A stretch of DNA of 32,182 nt from a virus (lineage: Duplodnaviria > Heunggongvirae > Uroviricota > Caudoviricetes): the IMG/VR virus record IMGVR_UViG_2870464427_000001, one strand, 5' to 3'. The position numbers and the translations under genes are program-made. This document shows, piece by piece, positions 1-7,158 of this stretch (position 1 is its first letter; the number at the start of each line of letters is the position of its first letter). A model generated the notes under the pieces. The model ran no database searches. It had not been told where the DNA came from and saw only the letters and a program-made list of their open reading frames with translations.

Positions 1-278
1 GGGTGCGAATCGGCGGGAAGGTCCACAGGTATTTTACGATTATTTTAAGATTAGTTATAGGAAAGAAATTAAACGAAAAAACTCGTTTATTTTCACAAAA
101 TCAGTAACCTACCCACAATCTGTGAGTTTGCAGGCACAACAAGAACCACAATTTTATGAAGCATAATAGTGGACTATTATTACCTTTTGGGTAAAATTAA
201 CTTGCTGCTTGTGCTTGCGTGGTTGTTTATACAACAACGTAATGCTGAAAGGACCGCGAATCCGATCAGCACGAAAGA

Positions 279-304
279 ACCGTCCTCAATAGGGCGGTTT
301 TTTT
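279..304 (+). terminator. rho-independent terminator-like hairpin
   Basis: 8-bp stem (279-286 pairs with 291-298, one G-U) with 4-nt loop, followed by a run of seven T (298-304). No credible ORF spans it. Confidence 0.4.
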
Positions 305-451
305 GTTTCTGCCTACCAATAAACCCACACTATGTGGTTGTCTCTGTTAAAATCCCGCCGTATTGACATAAATGCGCCATTGGTGGACACTTTCCGAGCC
401 GTAGCAAAATCTACGGCCGGGATTAGCCTCCTGAATAACACGATGGCGCAT

Positions 452-471
452 ACCGCGTTAGCGGTTTTTTT
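452..471 (+). terminator. rho-independent terminator-like hairpin
   Basis: accgc/gcggt 5-bp stem with gtta loop followed by a 7-T run; a second hairpin (gccgtag..ctacggc) lies at about 403-422. Confidence 0.4.
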
Positions 472-633
472 ATGCGTAGAGCACTGTTACGCCCAAATTA
501 TGGTGGGTCGTACAGGGGCGGAGAAATCCGCGCCGGTTCGTCATTGTGTCCGGTAAGGCTAACCCTGTACGGCTCACCACCATTTGATTAGCCTCGAATG
601 GCGGTGATAGTTCCATATACTGGAGATATCACA

Positions 634-825
634 ATGACAAACCTACCCCATGACTATTACGTCAACCTCGTAAAGATCCTTCTCAAGAAAGCCTCATACG
701 CCGATAAATTCCGCCTGGCTGAAATCATCGAGCGCGAAGCTATGCGCATCGCCAGCAACGATAACGCTGTTTCTGACGCAAAAATCTCCCTCGTAACCAA
801 AGTAGTTATGGGAGGTGCAAAATGA
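634..825 (+). CDS. small hypothetical protein translationally coupled to the downstream antirepressor-like gene
   Basis: ORF 598..825; the internal ATG at 634 has a GGAG Shine-Dalgarno 8 nt upstream. Its stop overlaps the next gene's start (ATGA at 822-825). Confidence 0.45.
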   Translation: MTNLPHDYYVNLVKILLKKASYADKFRLAEIIEREAMRIASNDNAVSDAKISLVTKVVMGGAK

Positions 826-1964
826 AAACGCTTCCGACCGTTAACACCCTACAGCCTATCCTGCATAACCAGATCCCCGTTATCACCACGGAGCTGCTTG
901 CCAAACTATATGGCTGTAGCGTCGAATGTCTTCACAGAAATCACCACCGTAATAAGTCCCGGTTTACAGAAGGAAAACATTTCATAGTTGTAAAAGGTAC
1001 AGATCTCCAAAGTTTGAAAATCTCTTTAAGAGATTTTCAAACCATCGCGAATAACGTTAGAAAACTAATCCTCTGGACCGAACGCGGGGCTGCACGTCAC
1101 GCTAAAATGCTCGAAACCGATCAGGCGTGGGATGTATTCGAACGGCTGGAAGACTGCTACTTCAACCAGAACGCGCAAACGGCCGCGACCGTAACCGTCT
1201 CACCAAACAATGCTCGTGAGGTTGTCGATACGCTCAACGCTAAACCAATGTATTACGTTAAGGTGTGCAACAACGAGCCACTCACAACCTCAGCCGATGT
1301 TGCCCAGGCATTCAGCACCACAAACAATTCCATCGTTATGGCCATCGATGCGTTACGCATTCCTCGCACAGCTGCGGCGCGTCACTTCTTTAAAGAACAA
1401 CGACCGCTGGAAGGAAGCGACCGCGAAATAACAATCTATCGCATGACAAAAGACGGATTTACCTTGCTCATGGAAAGTATCGACGGTCCAGGCGTGAAGG
1501 ATATCAAGCTGGCCTACATTGAAGCCTTTAACGCTATCAGCAGCGTGTTAAAAACACAGTACGAGCGTGATCTGGCTAAACGACTGTACCAGGAAAAAAC
1601 GATTATCCGCGCGGCAACAGAGCATAATCGGCTATTAACGGAACCGAACTACAGGAAGGAACTAATCAAGGAGTTTGACAAGGCAACAGGGAAAACCAAA
1701 GCGGCGCTAAATCTGCCAGCAATGACTCAGGAAAATGTGATATCAGCCTTACTTCTTGATCTGCTCAGAAACGCCAGAGCACTTATCAGCTTTGACGAAA
1801 ACCTGAATCCTCAGCTCAAGCTACTACCACCGACAGGCAAAGTAGTCGACCAGGCTGATCACAACAGCATACTCAGCGTTCTGGATGCAAACCTGCCAGC
1901 CAGGACACTACAGGATCTGATAAAAACATGTGCTGATAAGCTGGCACAGAAAAGCAGACCATAA
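822..1964 (+). CDS. phage antirepressor-like protein with N-terminal ORF6N-type domain
   Basis: 380-aa ORF with GGAGG RBS at 811-815. The N-terminal segment (LPVITTELLAKLYG .. RNKSRFTEGKHF .. LWTERGAARHAKMLETDQAWDVFERLEDCYF) matches the ORF6N/antirepressor signature as I recall it. Confidence 0.7.
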   Translation: MKTLPTVNTLQPILHNQIPVITTELLAKLYGCSVECLHRNHHRNKSRFTEGKHFIVVKGTDLQSLKISLRDFQTIANNVRKLILWTERGAARHAKMLETDQAWDVFERLEDCYFNQNAQTAATVTVSPNNAREVVDTLNAKPMYYVKVCNNEPLTTSADVAQAFSTTNNSIVMAIDALRIPRTAAARHFFKEQRPLEGSDREITIYRMTKDGFTLLMESIDGPGVKDIKLAYIEAFNAISSVLKTQYERDLAKRLYQEKTIIRAATEHNRLLTEPNYRKELIKEFDKATGKTKAALNLPAMTQENVISALLLDLLRNARALISFDENLNPQLKLLPPTGKVVDQADHNSILSVLDANLPARTLQDLIKTCADKLAQKSRP

Positions 1965-1968
1965 CTAC

Positions 1969-1982
1969 AAGGGGCTACGGCC
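1969..1982. terminator. GC-rich hairpin between convergent genes (bidirectional terminator candidate)
   Basis: ggggc-tacg-gcccc hairpin immediately after the 822..1964 stop, followed by T-rich sequence. Confidence 0.35.
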
Positions 1983-2163
1983 CCTTACTCTTTTCTCTCT
2001 TATCAACGCCAGAGACTTTCTGAAAATCCTTTCGAATAGCGTCAGCGTCACACGCCAAGCCCATACTGGAACGTGTCGCCATATGACGAAAATGATCAAC
2101 TGCCGGAAACAAAGAAATAATGGACCCAATAGCTTGCAGCAAACTCGCTTTTCTACGCATCAT
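1975..2163 (-). CDS. hypothetical small protein (uncertain)
   Basis: ORF 1975..2187 (70 aa); the first ATG pair is at 2163. No recognisable motif and only a weak RBS. Confidence 0.3.
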   Translation of the reverse strand: MMRRKASLLQAIGSIISLFPAVDHFRHMATRSSMGLACDADAIRKDFQKVSGVDKREKSKGP

Positions 2164-2699
2164 AATTCCACCATAACTGATAACCACCCTTCAGACACAA
2201 CCCCCCTCCCCCCATACAGGGTGCCCTTTACCGGAGTTCCGGCCCCTTCTCAAAAGCATCAAAAAAAGCTCGAGATCGAGTACCGGAACTCATGCCACCA
2301 GATAGCTCCACATCGTTTCCAATGCTTCGCCGCCGTGTGCGCCCTGTGGCCCACAATCATGCCATTGGTCGTCTGATATACCTTCTTCTGCTCATAGAGC
2401 ACAGGCGAGTTGTCGCACTCCTGCCTTTCTCAGACTCGACTTAGTTTAGATCGCTGTTCCTGGCTTGCGTCAGCACACTTTCCCCTTGTACGCATACCCG
2501 CGCGCCACTTCGCCCAAAAACACCGAACCCAACGAAGTGGCAAAGACAACGACGCGAGCGTGAGTCTGAAATGGGCACCAGTAAAAAAGGGGTTGCAGGC
2601 GCAAAAAGATTTGATTATCTTTAGACGCAAGAAAGCCGCCCCAATCAAGAGGTGTCTTTTTAAATCCAGCCTACCAAGCAAGATTTAAATTTCAGACTG

Positions 2700-2724
2700 A
2701 AAACCGCCCGGCAAGGCGGTTTTT
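2700..2724. terminator. rho-independent terminator-like hairpin (A-tract/T-tract flanked, bidirectional type)
   Basis: accgcc (2702-2707) pairs with ggcggt (2714-2719), 6-nt loop, T-run 2719-2723 and A-tract before; about 50 bp downstream of the minus-strand HTH gene stop. Confidence 0.45.
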
Positions 2725-2772
2725 GTCTTTCTGGCGCTTACATTACACCACCATAAAACGATCCGTAAAGGA

Positions 2773-3045
2773 TCATTTGATCCCTTGTTCCAATTCTGAC
2801 GACACTTTAACCTTTTCCCATACAAGGGTTTGCAGCCTTAACAGAATCGCGTCTTTATCAAGGTGTGAAAGATCCTTCACCATATCGTCAAACGACAGAA
2901 CGCGAATGGCCATCTCAATGACCCTCGGCGGCTCCCCCTTCTCATATCGCTTATATGTAGCCAACGATATCCCAAATTCTTCGGCGGCTCGCTCCTGCGT
3001 CCAGTTCATCCCACGACGCCATAATTTCAATTCATAACCCGTCAT
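2773..3045 (-). CDS. XRE/Cro-CI family helix-turn-helix transcriptional regulator
   Basis: 90 aa from the ATG at 3045, which has a GGAGG RBS; HTH motif MNWTQERAAEEFGISLATYKRYEKG. The longer 3078 start lacks an RBS and would overlap the palindrome. Confidence 0.7.
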   Translation of the reverse strand: MTGYELKLWRRGMNWTQERAAEEFGISLATYKRYEKGEPPRVIEMAIRVLSFDDMVKDLSHLDKDAILLRLQTLVWEKVKVSSELEQGIK

Positions 3046-3073
3046 AGCACCCTCCTCGCACAATATTAACACT

Positions 3074-3100
3074 CGCAAAGTGTCAAAATGACACTTTGCG
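3074..3100. promoter_or_regulatory. perfect 12-bp inverted repeat (operator candidate)
   Basis: cgcaaagtgtca (3074-3085) aaa tgacactttgcg (3089-3100), about 30 bp upstream of the HTH start at 3045 and just downstream of the 3109..3489 gene stop. No T-run follows, so an operator is more likely than a terminator. Confidence 0.5.
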
Positions 3101-3108
3101 CATTGTGT

Positions 3109-3489
3109 TTACTTAACGAGGAATAAAAATGGTTTATTGTTCGGCGGTGTAATCGGGGCTGGCTCGCTTTTGCTCATGCGATCAGTGTACCAAGCCAACT
3201 CCTTGTCAAAGTAAGCCTGATTAAAATAGGCCATGAATGTAGTTTCAAATCCATAACGACCGCTAATACGCAGCATCTGATTGCCGTTCTCTGTTTCCAG
3301 ATATACCTGGGCACGTTCCTGATTCTCCTTCAGCCAGGTTAAAGCCTCATCGCATGAGGACACACGATACTCATCATCGTAGCCGTCATCGATGCGGCTT
3401 GAGGAAGAACGGCAAATCACGCCAACAGAACCAGCCAGGATAGTTTGAATTTTAAGGAAAGCGTTTTTGCGGATTTTAATCATGCTCAT
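3109..3489 (-). CDS. hypothetical protein
   Basis: 126-aa ORF with GGAG RBS 8 nt upstream of the ATG at 3489. No motif recognised. Confidence 0.55.
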   Translation of the reverse strand: MSMIKIRKNAFLKIQTILAGSVGVICRSSSSRIDDGYDDEYRVSSCDEALTWLKENQERAQVYLETENGNQMLRISGRYGFETTFMAYFNQAYFDKELAWYTDRMSKSEPAPITPPNNKPFLFLVK

Positions 3490-3756
3490 CGGGTTATCTC
3501 CGGTTTAACCAGGGCGGGTATCGCTCGGTTTCGGGTATAACCTTAGGAAATTTTTTCCCGCCTGTAAAGCACTTTTTATATAAATCTATAATTATATAAA
3601 TAATAGTAACTGGTGTTTTTTTAGGCGAAGCATTAAACATTTTTGTTTAGCTTATTGGCAAGGTCTTGAAAAAGACATTTCAGCAATGCTATACCATTGA
3701 ACATGGTATCGGCTGAATTTTGTAATTAACACATTTTAAACAATTTGAGGTGCCAA

Positions 3757-4041
3757 ATGGCTAAACAAAAATCTGAAATTGATGCTATTCGAGCATTAAC
3801 AGAAGTAACAATTAAAGGTTTTGAGCAGGTTGCTCAGGCATTAGTTGATATGAGAGAAGCTCAGGGAAAAGTCGTACGAGCAACATATAATGGATTAACC
3901 TCCTCAGGAAAATCTCGCTATGTTGCATCGCTAGTAGAGGAAGTAGGATCACAAGCTGAAGTAAGCCGCATGTTAAATATCACACCAGGGCGCGTTAGCC
4001 AGCTTATGAAGTCCGAAAAAAACCGCAAAAATGGAAAGTAA
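3757..4041 (+). CDS. small putative DNA-binding protein (C-terminal helix-turn-helix)
   Basis: 94 aa from the ATG at 3757 (GAGG RBS 6 nt upstream); C-terminal segment GSQAEVSRMLNITPGRVSQLMK looks like an HTH. Divergent from the 3109..3489 gene across an AT-rich promoter region. Confidence 0.55.
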   Translation: MAKQKSEIDAIRALTEVTIKGFEQVAQALVDMREAQGKVVRATYNGLTSSGKSRYVASLVEEVGSQAEVSRMLNITPGRVSQLMKSEKNRKNGK

Positions 4042-4045
4042 ATAA

Positions 4046-4068
4046 GTAAGGCCCCAATGGGGCCTTAC
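4046..4068. terminator. hairpin between convergent genes (bidirectional terminator candidate)
   Basis: gtaaggcccc (4046-4055) pairs with ggggccttac (4059-4068). Confidence 0.45.
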
Positions 4069-4074
4069 ATTATG

Positions 4075-4374
4075 TTAGACATGGAACGCTACTCGCTTTC
4101 CTGTAGGAAGCTCAACATCCAGGCTTAATTTGCCTCCCATAGCTTCAACGTAACGCTTTAATGTCGCCAGCTTTAAATCATTTCCGCGCTGCTCCAGCTT
4201 TGTTACTGCTGGCTGGCTTATACCCATCGCCTCAGCAACCTGTTTTTGTGATAACTGGAGTTCTTCACGCATCATCTGCAAGCCGACCTCAAGAATCATC
4301 TCATCTGCCATTTCTTTAATTCGCGCCTGGCTTTCAGGTGAACGGCTGGCAATCACCTCATCTAATGTTCTCAT
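4075..4374 (-). CDS. higA: HigA-like antitoxin (XRE-family HTH)
   Basis: 99 aa with HTH LSQKQVAEAMGISQPAVTKLEQ; start overlaps the upstream toxin stop (TAATG at 4372-4376). Confidence 0.75.
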   Translation of the reverse strand: MRTLDEVIASRSPESQARIKEMADEMILEVGLQMMREELQLSQKQVAEAMGISQPAVTKLEQRGNDLKLATLKRYVEAMGGKLSLDVELPTGKRVAFHV

Positions 4375-4727
4375 TACTTGCTCTCCAGTGTGTTCAGATG
4401 TGCTGCAAACTCATCCTCAGCTATACGCACCAGTTTTTCATAAAACCGTTTATCGTTACTTTTGTCTCCTGCACAAAGAACGATGGCCCGGCGAATCGGA
4501 TCGAACGCATAAAAGGCTCTTATCGGACGGCCAGAAAACTGAACGCGAAGCTCTTTCATATTTTTGTACCGAGAACCTTTTACGGTATCGGCATATGGCC
4601 TGGGTAACTCAGGTCCGTAAACCTGTAGCTTTTTCAAATCAGCCAAAACCTTTTCCTGAAGAGCGTCTTCTTGCTCATTTAGCCAGTCGTCAAATCGCTG
4701 GCTAAAAAGTACCGTCCACATGCTCAA
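4374..4727 (-). CDS. higB: HigB-like toxin (RelE/ParE superfamily, Gp49-like)
   Basis: 117 aa; toxin-first gene order and translational coupling typical of HigBA; sequence (RFDDWL .. KELRVQFSGRPIRAFYAFDPIRRAIVLCAGDKSNDKRFYEKLVRIAEDEF) matches the family as recalled. Confidence 0.75.
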   Translation of the reverse strand: MSMWTVLFSQRFDDWLNEQEDALQEKVLADLKKLQVYGPELPRPYADTVKGSRYKNMKELRVQFSGRPIRAFYAFDPIRRAIVLCAGDKSNDKRFYEKLVRIAEDEFAAHLNTLESK

Positions 4728-4740
4728 TCCTATAACCTGT

Positions 4741-4785
4741 AGTTTATATCACTAACTATATAACCTGTGAGTTATAATTTCAAGA
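4741..4785. promoter_or_regulatory. tandem operator-like repeats upstream of higB
   Basis: Two copies of tataacctgt(a/g)gtt(t)ata at 4741-4758 and 4768-4785; the second contains the palindrome ATAAC-N6-GTTAT. Confidence 0.4.
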
Positions 4786-4964
4786 AAAACGGGGCTATTT
4801 AACATAATGGACGTTATCGGCACCACCGGATCACCGTTCATTGTCGGATCTAAAAAATCCGCTCAAAAGATCATGTTTTCCTGGGCGTTTTCCACCGTTT
4901 TTATGTTGCTTATTTGTTAATGAAATCTCGTTTTCAGTTTCGCCTCATTTTCGACGCGAAAGCC

Positions 4965-5255
4965 CTATTTTTGTGACTTTACTCCTGGCATATGGACTTC
5001 CCAGCGACGAATCCCCATAGCTGCGCAAAAATCAGCCACATAATTCAATCCCGCCCATTCGCGGATACCACCACGGGCTTTTTCAATGAAAACGGCAATC
5101 CCTTTTTTATTGAGAGCAAAAAGCCGCCAGCTTTTTGTCACTTCGTCCTGGGTAGCCACAACACAAGTGAAAGCTCCCATGCGATACAGGTCCAAGAACT
5201 CTTTGCGTGTTTTGCGTACAAGTTCCATAACAAACCTCATATTTGCATGTTTCAA
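4965..5255 (-). CDS. hypothetical protein (second gene of a two-gene module)
   Basis: 96-aa ORF whose start overlaps the upstream gene by ATGA (5252-5255). No motif recognised. Confidence 0.45.
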   Translation of the reverse strand: MKHANMRFVMELVRKTRKEFLDLYRMGAFTCVVATQDEVTKSWRLFALNKKGIAVFIEKARGGIREWAGLNYVADFCAAMGIRRWEVHMPGVKSQK

Positions 5256-5551
5256 ACATCTGTTTTGTTATCAATGAAGATTAACCCTAACCCAGCGAAG
5301 TAACACAGCAGCGCCCAGGCTGCATACGGAATGCTGGATCTGGATGTGGACTCCTTTAACATCTGCCAGTTGCGAACATTGCGACTATCTTTTAAGCCTA
5401 GTTTTTTGGCCAACTGCGAGCCGCTCATTCCAGTCAGGCCAATGACTGCCCGAACTTCTCCACATGTAGGAGATTCCCATTCATCCGCTTTTTTTAAACA
5501 AGCCGGATTCAACATTTTTAAAACAGTATCTTTATCCATAACCATCTCCAT
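5252..5551 (-). CDS. putative HTH DNA-binding protein with C-terminal hydrophobic segment
   Basis: 99-aa ORF; HTH-like VIGLTGMSGSQLAKKLGLKDSRNVRNWQ followed by a hydrophobic stretch IPYAAWALLCYFAGLGLIFI. Confidence 0.5.
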   Translation of the reverse strand: MEMVMDKDTVLKMLNPACLKKADEWESPTCGEVRAVIGLTGMSGSQLAKKLGLKDSRNVRNWQMLKESTSRSSIPYAAWALLCYFAGLGLIFIDNKTDV

Positions 5552-5785
5552 TTATTATATCTACGATGGTAGGAAATCTTTTCCTATGTGGCAATAGAAA
5601 TTTACTACATTGCGTATAAGACAAGTTTTCTATGTCTAATAGGAAATGATGTTTCTTACGTTTTATCGCGTTCTGATGGCTACTGTGTGCGTATTTATCG
5701 ACGTTTATTGATAAGGCTCGCCCCTTCCTCCTGCAAAGCCCGGCCGTAGGCCTTATTTCGGCCTTATATAAATTGATTTTGTATA

Positions 5786-5897
5786 GTTCGAAACGTGCCG
5801 TTTCGAAAAGGATGATCAGGCTGCTCCATGCCTCCGGCAAGTGCCGGAGGAGGTATATTTGAGCGTAGCGACTCGAACCGGCGCGAGCTTTAGCTCG
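5786..5897. other. cluster of three perfect short hairpins in an intergenic region
   Basis: ttcgaaacg-tgc-cgtttcgaa (about 5788-5808), cctccggca-ag-tgccggagg (5830-5849), gcgagc-ttta-gctcgc (5882-5897). The only ORF here (5532..5903) is low-complexity and rejected. Confidence 0.3.
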
Positions 5898-5929
5898 CTG
5901 CAAGGGCGAACATATTCACAGGCAAAGCC

Positions 5930-6130
5930 TGCGTAAGTTAAATAAAGAAAGTCTTAATAAAAGAAAGTGATTTTGCATTTATTTGTTTAGTGCATCTATT
6001 ATAAAAAACCATTTGCATATACATATCAAAACTGTGGATAACTTTATTAGCCGATGCCTGTGAAGGCGATATTTTTGCTGTGTTCAGGTTTAGAGAAAAT
6101 TAATTTAGATTGTTTTTTGAACAGATATTT
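5930..6130. other. origin-like AT-rich region downstream of repA (oriR candidate)
   Basis: About 200 bp of strongly AT-rich sequence starting roughly 50 bp after the repA stop, no ORF. The position matches IncFII oriR, which lies downstream of repA1. Confidence 0.5.
6033..6041 (-). promoter_or_regulatory. DnaA box (perfect TTATCCACA on minus strand)
   Basis: Plus strand tgtggataa at 6033-6041 is the reverse complement of the consensus DnaA box TTATCCACA, inside the AT-rich region. Confidence 0.5.
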
Positions 6131-6182
6131 TATTGCGACGTAGATAATCCTCCGGTAAAACCGGATTCATCATTCAGGTGGG

Positions 6183-7031
6183 TTAATGTTGGAGTGATTT
6201 CCAGGTCTTTCTTAACCTGTTATAACGCTGCTCAACGAGGGATCGTAAATATGCAAGGTCAGCACCAGGATACATGCCATCAGCAAATTCCTGGCTAACC
6301 TCTCTAGTGATTTGATGACGAAGTTCGGCCTCTCCCTTTTCCTGAACAAGACGCGCAGCTCTCTCCGCTGCTTTCTGTTTTGCCTTTATCTCTCTGGCTG
6401 TCTTCCTCTGACGCCATACATTCTCCATCTGCTCCTGAATAACAATACGCTTATAATCAGCCTCCGTTATCGCTTTTTTAAGCCGTTCGCTATTCTTCGC
6501 ATTGAAGTAATTAAGTTTCTGGCTAACCGCACGTCTCCATGCTTGTTCAGTAATACCAACGGTTTCCAGCAGTTGATCACGAATCTCTATTTTCGCTGGC
6601 CAATACTGTTTATTCACCCGATCCCAGCGACGTTCATAATCAATAAAACCTAACGCTTTCAGTTGCGACAACGCCCTTGTACAGCGTGTTATAGACTTGT
6701 TCCCAGCTTCGGATACGGTAGACAGGCCGCAAAAATCAGCCAACGCCTCAGCACTGGCCAGAACCCGCTTAGAAATGATGTTTACATGGTGCAAAATCGC
6801 AGCAATCACAGCATTAATCGCCCGACGACGATGCTCGTTTATCCGGCGCTTCCGCTCTGACGGCTGATTAACGTAGAACGCAACCTCACACGTAAGATCA
6901 CGACCATTAATGCGCTGTAAAGCATCAGATAACACTAGCGGCAGCTTGTGCGTATGGTGCTTTGGAGGCTGGAACTCCGGCGACAAATTACAAACGTAAG
7001 CGGAACGTAGAGACGGCATTGGTCTATCCAT
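6183..7031 (-). CDS. repA: IncFII-family replication initiator RepA (RepA1-like)
   Basis: 283 aa from the ATG at 7031. Segment RRRAINAVIAAILHHVNIISKRVLASAEALADFCGLSTVSEAGNKSITRCTRALSQLKALGFIDYE aligns with R100/R1 RepA1 as recalled. The in-frame upstream extension to 7163 runs through leader stem-loops and is rejected as the start. Confidence 0.8.
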   Translation of the reverse strand: MDRPMPSLRSAYVCNLSPEFQPPKHHTHKLPLVLSDALQRINGRDLTCEVAFYVNQPSERKRRINEHRRRAINAVIAAILHHVNIISKRVLASAEALADFCGLSTVSEAGNKSITRCTRALSQLKALGFIDYERRWDRVNKQYWPAKIEIRDQLLETVGITEQAWRRAVSQKLNYFNAKNSERLKKAITEADYKRIVIQEQMENVWRQRKTAREIKAKQKAAERAARLVQEKGEAELRHQITREVSQEFADGMYPGADLAYLRSLVEQRYNRLRKTWKSLQH

Positions 7032-7046
7032 ATGTTCGCTCTTGCG

Positions 7047-7117
7047 TCCACGGAAAACCAACGTATAATGGGAGTTGTCGAGGCGCCCATGGATTGTTGT
7101 TGTTGGTTTTCCGTGGA
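7047..7117. promoter_or_regulatory. 16-bp perfect inverted repeat in the repA leader, 15 nt upstream of the repA start
   Basis: tccacggaaaaccaac (7047-7062) and gttggttttccgtgga (7102-7117) with a 39-nt spacer; could sequester the repA RBS region. Confidence 0.45.
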
Positions 7118-7158
7118 TGTCGCAAGAAGCCCGCAGATTTATCTGCGGGCTTTTTGTT
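7076..7158 (+). ncRNA. candidate CopA-like antisense RNA opposite the repA leader
   Basis: Plus-strand promoter-like -35 TTGCGT (7043-7048) and -10 TATAAT (7064-7069), then about 80 nt ending in a terminator (gcccgcaga / tctgcgggc stem 7128-7149 plus T-run 7150-7158). Size and position resemble CopA of IncFII replicons. Boundaries are inferred. Confidence 0.35.

Noticed and set aside
169-556. ORFs 169..366 and 332..556 on the plus strand
   Set aside because: Each runs through an intrinsic-terminator-like hairpin and has junk-like composition; the region is more plausibly non-coding or RNA-encoding.
1930-2688. ORFs 1930..2376, 2410..2688 (plus) and 2430..2681 (minus)
   Set aside because: Mutually overlapping, with proline/arginine/serine-rich junk-like translations and no RBS; kept only as an ORF-poor region of interest.
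3074-3100. Palindrome as an intrinsic terminator of the 3109..3489 gene
   Set aside because: On the transcribed strand the stem is not followed by a T-run; an operator upstream of the HTH gene fits better, though dual function cannot be excluded.
5821-5900. Possible tRNA or tRNA-derived attachment site (ggttcgag-like motif on the minus strand)
   Set aside because: Attempted cloverleaf assignment fails: the stems flanking the TTCGAGT-like loop are not complementary, and the adjacent hairpin has a 4-nt rather than 7-nt loop.
5532-5903. 123-aa ORF on the minus strand
   Set aside because: Low-complexity, basic, junk-like translation spanning intergenic hairpins; no RBS context. Treated as non-coding.
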